Below, in pieces: positions 28,112 through 33,331 of a stretch of DNA of 33,331 nt. Each line of letters begins with the position of its first letter. Position 1 is the stretch's first letter. Location: positions 1-33,331 of the forward strand of contig CAZJVM010000029.1 in NCBI GenBank assembly GCA_964549305.1. The letters are read 5' to 3'. Position numbers and translations under genes: made by a program. The DNA is from an uncultured bacterium. Its GTDB lineage: Bacteria; Schekmanbacteria; GWA2-38-11; J061. The notes under the pieces were generated by a model, which was given only the letters and a program-made list of their open reading frames with translations, did not search any database and had not been told where the DNA came from.

Positions 28112-29134
28112 ATGGAAAGAAAGTCGCGTTGTTTGAAATCGTTGGTCTGCATTGTATCTTTTTTGACCTTAGCTCTGTTTTTTGTTTCCTGTAACAATGG
28201 TAAAAGTGAAAACGGCACGACGGCAATAAAGGTAAACGGACAGCAGATAAGCGAGAAGGAGTTTGAATCGCTTCTTCAGAGAGAGCTAAAAGGCGTAAAA
28301 GCCCAGTTTCAGCAGTTTGGAAAACCCTTTGACGAAAAAAGCGAAGAAGGCAAAAATGTCATTGCAAGTATCAAAAAACGCCTCAGCGAAGATATAGTTG
28401 AAAGACTTATGATTCTCGATGCCGCGGAAAAAGCGGATATACAGATTGCCGATGCCGAAGTGGAAGAGCAGTTAAGTCACGTAAAGGGAAGATTTGGTGA
28501 TGAGGGATTCGAAAACTTTAAAAAAGATATGGGCGTCGATGATGAATATATAAAAAACGATCTTTCAAAGCAGATGCTAATCGCAAAATATGTGGAAAGT
28601 CTTTTTAAGGATATAAAGATAGAGGATGGCGCAATTGAGGAGCACTTCAGGGAAAATATTGATAAGTATAATCAACCGGAAATGGTGAGAGCGAGCCATA
28701 TTCTTCTCAAGACCGAAAAAGAGGCAAAGGAAATCAGAAAAAAGGTAAAAGCCGGCGAAGATTTCTCAGAGCTTGCTTTCAATAACTCCATTGATCCTTC
28801 GGCGAAACAAAACAGGGGCGACCTCAATTATTTCCCCCGCGGAGTAATGGATAAAACATTCGAAGAAGCCGCTTTTTCAATGCCTGTAGGATCTGTAAGC
28901 GAACCGGTAAAGACCCGTTTCGGATATCATATTATAAAGGTTATCGATAAAAAAGCCCCGCAAAAGGCTACTCTGGAAAATTCAAGAGATAAGATAATTG
29001 CCTCTCTTTCTGAAGAGAAAAGAAAGGAAATTATAGGGACAAAAATAGCCGAACTGAGAAAAACGGCTGATATAGAAGTAAATGTAAAAATCGAAGGAGT
29101 GACAAATGACAAAGACAGTGTGGGAAAAGAGTAA
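28112..29134 (+). CDS. Parvulin-type peptidyl-prolyl isomerase lipoprotein (PrsA/SurA-like foldase)
   Basis: Lipobox FVS|C; KVNGQQIS N-domain; VRASHILLK, GEDFSELA..S.D, GDL.YF..G.M...FE.AAF, SEPVKTRFGYHIIKV. Confidence 0.93.
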   Translation: MERKSRCLKSLVCIVSFLTLALFFVSCNNGKSENGTTAIKVNGQQISEKEFESLLQRELKGVKAQFQQFGKPFDEKSEEGKNVIASIKKRLSEDIVERLMILDAAEKADIQIADAEVEEQLSHVKGRFGDEGFENFKKDMGVDDEYIKNDLSKQMLIAKYVESLFKDIKIEDGAIEEHFRENIDKYNQPEMVRASHILLKTEKEAKEIRKKVKAGEDFSELAFNNSIDPSAKQNRGDLNYFPRGVMDKTFEEAAFSMPVGSVSEPVKTRFGYHIIKVIDKKAPQKATLENSRDKIIASLSEEKRKEIIGTKIAELRKTADIEVNVKIEGVTNDKDSVGKE

Positions 29135-29327
29135 TAACCCTGAAGTCAGGGCATTTGCCTCGAAGATAGAATCTAAAGTAAGGGCGAAAGCGGAAGACGG
29201 AAAAATAAAATGCGCAGAGGCATTTGCATTGGCTAAGGCGGAGCAGGTTTCTGTGAACCGCGTAGGTGAAGCTCTTAATGAACTTGAAATCAAGGTTTCC
29301 GGCTGTCAGCTGGGATGTTTTAAGTGA
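29106..29327 (+). CDS. Small conserved Cys-containing protein (C..A / CQLGCF type)
   Basis: RBS AAGGAG inside the PPIase 3' end; GKIKCAEAFALA...VGEALNELEIKVSGCQLGCF is a pattern I recall from anaerobe hypothetical proteins. Function unknown. Confidence 0.75.
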   Translation: MTKTVWEKSNNPEVRAFASKIESKVRAKAEDGKIKCAEAFALAKAEQVSVNRVGEALNELEIKVSGCQLGCFK

Positions 29328-29336
29328 TGAGGAAAA

Positions 29337-30350
29337 ATGAAAAAAATAAAAGAAGAACTAAGAAAAAAAATTCTTAAATGTATCAAGAACGAAAAGGACC
29401 CACTCGAAGGATTTTATTGTGATGATGAGACGAAAGAGGCAATTCTCGCAGTGCTTGTGGCAGGAAGACATATTCTTCTCGAAGGTCCTCCCGGAGTGGG
29501 AAAGACAACGGCAGCCCGCATTATCGCGCGTCTTCTGCCTTCTATGAAGGCAGTTGACGGATGCAGGTATGTGTGCCATCCGAAAAAGGCGGAATGTCCC
29601 GATTGTTCACGAATGACGAAAATAAAGAAAATAGAAATTGAAGGAGAAAAGAGATTTGTGAGAATTCAGGGTTCTCCCGAACTTCTCCCCGAAGACCTTA
29701 TCGGCGATATTGATCCCGTCAATGCCATGAAATTCGGCATACACGATTACAGGTCCTTTACACCGGGGAAAATTCATAAGGCAAACAGAAAAATACTTTT
29801 CATAGACGAACTTAACAGGGTGCCGCAGAGAACGCAGAATACGCTTCTGCAGGTTCTTGAAGAAGGGGTTACCACCATAGGCGGATTTGATATCGAAACC
29901 AACGTTGACACTCTTGTAATAGCCACGGAAAATCCTGAGGAATATGCGGGAGTGGAAAAAATATCGGAAACTCTCAGCGACCGATTCGAAAGAGTACTCA
30001 TCGGCTATCCCTCGAGAAAGCAGGAAATAGAGATTGTTGGGAGGTACGGAAACAAAATCGAAGGCATAAAGGTTGATAAAAAAAAGATTGAAGCCATATC
30101 CGACATTTCGAGGCGGGCAAGGGAAAACGAAGAACTTGAAAACCCTCCCAGCGTTAGAACTTCACTTTCCATTTACGAGCAGTCTCAGGCGCTTGCAAAA
30201 TTAAGGGGAAGAAAGGAAGTAACCGGTGATGATGTATATGACTCCGCACGACGCGTTTTATCGGGTAGAATATCCATTTCGGGTGACAGTTCCTATTACG
30301 ATGACCGTGAGGGATTCATAGAAAAGGTGATTGACAGAGATGAGAAATGA
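29337..30350 (+). CDS. AAA+ ATPase of the ChlI/MoxR (helix-2 insert) clade
   Basis: HILLEGPPGVGKT (Walker A), ChlI-like Cys insert CRYVCHP..AECPDC, RIQGSPELLPEDLIG, LFIDELNR (Walker B), QNTLLQVLEEG, ATENP, LSDRF, lid PSVR. Confidence 0.92.
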   Translation: MKKIKEELRKKILKCIKNEKDPLEGFYCDDETKEAILAVLVAGRHILLEGPPGVGKTTAARIIARLLPSMKAVDGCRYVCHPKKAECPDCSRMTKIKKIEIEGEKRFVRIQGSPELLPEDLIGDIDPVNAMKFGIHDYRSFTPGKIHKANRKILFIDELNRVPQRTQNTLLQVLEEGVTTIGGFDIETNVDTLVIATENPEEYAGVEKISETLSDRFERVLIGYPSRKQEIEIVGRYGNKIEGIKVDKKKIEAISDISRRARENEELENPPSVRTSLSIYEQSQALAKLRGRKEVTGDDVYDSARRVLSGRISISGDSSYYDDREGFIEKVIDRDEK

Positions 30351-33232
30351 TAGTACCGGAATTAAGTGATCTCAGGAATCTTCTCCTTGAAAATCAGCAT
30401 CCGCCTATAATCGATTCACTGCTAAAAAAGACTCTCCGCAATATGGATACCTATGTGTCCGCGGCTTTAAAGAAGCGCGGGCCCGTGGAAGTAAAAGTCG
30501 AATCTCTCGACTGGATTCTTACCACACAAGTTGTCTCTCTTGTTTCACAATGGGTTCAGGGTAAATCACCTGTTAAAGGAGGCGCTCTGAGAGATGACGC
30601 GGAATTGTTTTTTTTCGGATTACCGGAAGTCGGAACGAAAGTAGGCGATGTATGCAGAAATGTAATAGAGGCATTTAACCCTTCCTGCGTTGCTCTTGCC
30701 CTTTCTCCAATGCAGGATTTTACACAGAATATATATCACGCCTTCAGCGCCTATAATTTTCTCGGGATTCCTACCAATTTCAATACCGTTAACAAGGACG
30801 GGAACGAATCGGCAATATACAACACCTACTATCCCGGAGGAATCTGGGAGACGGCAATAATAGAGGCGTGGAAGCGCAACATTCCGCTTATACCCGTTGG
30901 AAAACCCAAAAGAAGACTTGAAATCGGTGAAAGAATGTCACCTGCATATCTTGAAGACAAACAGAGAATTAAGAGGATTTCCGCTGAAGTGTCGGACTCT
31001 GTCAATCAAAAAGCGAAAACATCGGGCAAGCTCGATTCCCTTGATGCATTCCTTACGGAATTGTCCCGAAAGTATTCGGGAAGTTATTATAACGACCAGG
31101 AGACGCCCAGAGAATTAATGGATAAGGCTGTTTACTGCGCGAGCAGGATTTATGACCTTCTAAAATGCAGTCATTTCAAAAGAGTGCTTGTCATAGGCGA
31201 GATGTCTTACATTTATGAGTCAAGAAAGATTTTTAATATATATACCGGGTCAGGCGTGGACAGAGACGGGGAGATGTATATGAAACCGTCAAAGGAAACA
31301 AGAATCCACGGATTGAGGTTTTTGCCCGACACGATTACGGCATCTTACGGTTTATATGCTGAGTACGGAATATCAGGCACCGCGGCGCAGGAGATGTTTG
31401 CCAAAGAGCTTAAAAAGTGGGGACAGAGGTTAAGAAGAAACGCCATAAGCCCAAAAAAATCCCAGTCGCTTATTATGGATGTTGTCGAAGAAACGAGAAA
31501 ACACCCCCTGCTTATGCGTGGCGCGAGTGTGCGGGGAAGCATTGCCCTGAAAGAGGTCTATGATTCCTTTGCCCTTCTGCAGGGCTATGATTCTCGCTCG
31601 GCAATCGAGAAAGCAGCGCGCATTACTCTTCCCTGCAGGGTGTTGCGAAATCCCGGAGTGGAAAAAAACGAAGATGAGATAGTAGAGGAAATAGTCAAAT
31701 TTATTCTCTATGACCTGAAACCGGAGCAAGAAGAAGATGAATATACGTCCGGTTTAAAAGGAAAAAAAGTCCCTCTTACAAAGGATGATATCCGCAAAGC
31801 TTTGGAGTACCTGAAAAATCAGGCGATTGAAAACAAGGAAGACGAGGGGACGATAGATGAGCGCGACCTTCTCGCCAAGGGAGACCTCGATGATGAACTT
31901 ATAAAGGAGCTTATGGACCGCTATGGTGAGATTTCAAAAACCCGGGGCGAAGGAATGCAGAAGATGCTCGATGATATGACAAGCAGAGGTTACATAAGCA
32001 ATATGACTCCAAATTCACTGAAATTCACTTCAAAGGGAATAAGCGAACTGCGAAAGAATCTGGAAAATCTCAAAAAGCGGGGACTCATAAGCGAGGAGGA
32101 ATTACAGAAGGGAATCGAAGATCTGGAAAAACTGAAAAATAAAAGTCCGGACGAACAGCCCGACCTTTCCGGAGAAAAATTGTCTGAAATAGTTGCCGAT
32201 TTTATGGATGTTCAGCATAAATTCAAGAATGAGGACTCCACGCTCGAGGACGCTTATGTCCATTATGTAATGAAGGAAAACAAGGGAGAGGAGGTTGACC
32301 GGGACAAGCTTAAATACCGCAACCTTCAGGTGTTAATCTATAAACTTCACGACAAGGGGCTTCTGAGAATAAACGAAAAAGGGAAGATTAACTTTTCGCT
32401 TACGGGCAAGAGTCTCGAATGGCTTTTAGATGAGCTGATAAAAAAATCCCATGCAAGCGGACTTCTCAAAGAAGCTTTCAAGAAGGATAAATCCGCGGCA
32501 AATGTCGTTGACATACGCCCCTATATGAAGGGCGACACATTCAGCGACATATCCATACTTCATACCCTTCGCAATGTCATAAGAAAGAGGAAAGCCATAG
32601 AGGAGATAGAACATAAGGATATAGTTTCCTATGTAAAACTTCCCACAAGGTCAGAAGACATAGTGCTTTGCCTCGATGTGAGCGCGTCTATGAGAAAGCA
32701 GGCAAAGCTTCGTTTTGCAAAAATTGCCGTAACCGCGCTTGCCCGCGCCGCAGTGGAAAAGAACTACAGGGCAGGACTTGTGGCATTCAGCAACGAGGCG
32801 GAAGAAGTATATCCTATCAGTAAAAGCTTCAGAGGAATCACCGATGCCGTGGTAAAACTCAGGGCTGACCAGTATACAAATGTGGGAAGAGGGATAGAAT
32901 GCGCGCTGAAGATGCTTATGCGTGAAAAAGTCCCCTGGGAGAAGCATATAATCCTCATTACAGACGGACAGCCCAACGCGGCGCCCGGTGTGGGCAGCAG
33001 GATTTCATCGAGCGCCGAGATGAAGAGGGAGGAAATCGGATACAGATTTGCCCTTACAATGGCAAGGAAAGCTACGCAACGCGATATCAAAGTATCAATT
33101 CTTCTCATAACAGACCCCGATAACCGCGGTGTGGATTTTGCGCGTAAAATTGCTCTCATAGGAAAGGGCAGGTTTTACCGGGTGAATGCCGCTGAAAAAA
33201 TCCCTGTAAGCGCTCTAAGGATGATGTCCTGA
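30347..33232 (+). CDS. Large multidomain protein with a C-terminal von Willebrand factor A domain
   Basis: MIDAS motif LCLDVSASM (32675-32689), GLVAFS, YTNVGRGI, ILITDGQPN; internal AAA-lid-like GASVRGSIAL. ATGA overlap with the ATPase gene. Confidence 0.9.
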   Translation: MIVPELSDLRNLLLENQHPPIIDSLLKKTLRNMDTYVSAALKKRGPVEVKVESLDWILTTQVVSLVSQWVQGKSPVKGGALRDDAELFFFGLPEVGTKVGDVCRNVIEAFNPSCVALALSPMQDFTQNIYHAFSAYNFLGIPTNFNTVNKDGNESAIYNTYYPGGIWETAIIEAWKRNIPLIPVGKPKRRLEIGERMSPAYLEDKQRIKRISAEVSDSVNQKAKTSGKLDSLDAFLTELSRKYSGSYYNDQETPRELMDKAVYCASRIYDLLKCSHFKRVLVIGEMSYIYESRKIFNIYTGSGVDRDGEMYMKPSKETRIHGLRFLPDTITASYGLYAEYGISGTAAQEMFAKELKKWGQRLRRNAISPKKSQSLIMDVVEETRKHPLLMRGASVRGSIALKEVYDSFALLQGYDSRSAIEKAARITLPCRVLRNPGVEKNEDEIVEEIVKFILYDLKPEQEEDEYTSGLKGKKVPLTKDDIRKALEYLKNQAIENKEDEGTIDERDLLAKGDLDDELIKELMDRYGEISKTRGEGMQKMLDDMTSRGYISNMTPNSLKFTSKGISELRKNLENLKKRGLISEEELQKGIEDLEKLKNKSPDEQPDLSGEKLSEIVADFMDVQHKFKNEDSTLEDAYVHYVMKENKGEEVDRDKLKYRNLQVLIYKLHDKGLLRINEKGKINFSLTGKSLEWLLDELIKKSHASGLLKEAFKKDKSAANVVDIRPYMKGDTFSDISILHTLRNVIRKRKAIEEIEHKDIVSYVKLPTRSEDIVLCLDVSASMRKQAKLRFAKIAVTALARAAVEKNYRAGLVAFSNEAEEVYPISKSFRGITDAVVKLRADQYTNVGRGIECALKMLMREKVPWEKHIILITDGQPNAAPGVGSRISSSAEMKREEIGYRFALTMARKATQRDIKVSILLITDPDNRGVDFARKIALIGKGRFYRVNAAEKIPVSALRMMS

Positions 33233-33331
33233 ACTTTCACAAATATTGCGGTATCAGGTGCAGAAAAAAAGTATGCCTGTGTATCTCACATATCCGATGA
33301 AATTGTAACGTGGCTTATAAGTGAATCCGTC

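Noticed and set aside
29300-29340. Selenocysteine read-through at the TGA of the small Cys-rich protein
   Set aside because: The TGA follows the family's natural end (GCFK) and is followed by a second TGA, with no SECIS-like hairpin visible.
29337-33232. Annotation as true magnesium/cobalt chelatase (chlI/chlD)
   Set aside because: No H/CobN subunit or tetrapyrrole genes are in the window, and the VWA partner lacks a ChlD-type AAA core, so gene symbols were withheld.
33233-33331. Possible 3' end of a convergent minus-strand gene at the right edge
   Set aside because: Only short open frames (at most 25 codons) are visible, which is not enough to call.

Overview
Bacterial chromosomal window of moderately low GC. 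It is mostly housekeeping and envelope genes, with no rRNA, tRNA, CRISPR array or recognisable mobile element. Left to right: (-) a three-gene unit of PNPOx-like flavoprotein, tungsten/molybdenum aldehyde:ferredoxin oxidoreductase-family enzyme and MFS transporter (truncated by the window edge); (-) glutamate dehydrogenase with an animal-type 'antenna'-like insert; (-) rpsP-khpA-rimM-trmD-SPOUT methyltransferase (no rplS); (+) a split ATP synthase operon atpI-b'-b-atpHAGDC without atpB/atpE; (-) two tandem paralogous small secreted SdrD-B-like proteins ending in ISPPAGCC, the upstream one behind a sigma54/IHF/enhancer-type promoter; (-) PASTA protein-rpe-flavodoxin lipoprotein-lipoprotein; (-) gspC-gspD-ffh-FN3 protein; (-) secreted hypothetical plus TPR protein; (+) DUF4398-like lipoprotein plus PKD-OmpA lipoprotein; (+) parvulin PPIase, small Cys-rich protein, ChlI/MoxR-like AAA+ ATPase and a 961-aa TraB-like/AAA-lid/VWA protein. 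The secretin, OmpA and split atp operon with b and b' suggest a diderm related to Desulfobacterota/Nitrospinota-type lineages (inference only). The best novelty candidates are the AAA+/multidomain-VWA operon and the sigma54-linked pair of Cys-stapled mini SdrD-B proteins. All family calls come from motif recognition by eye, and no searches were run.
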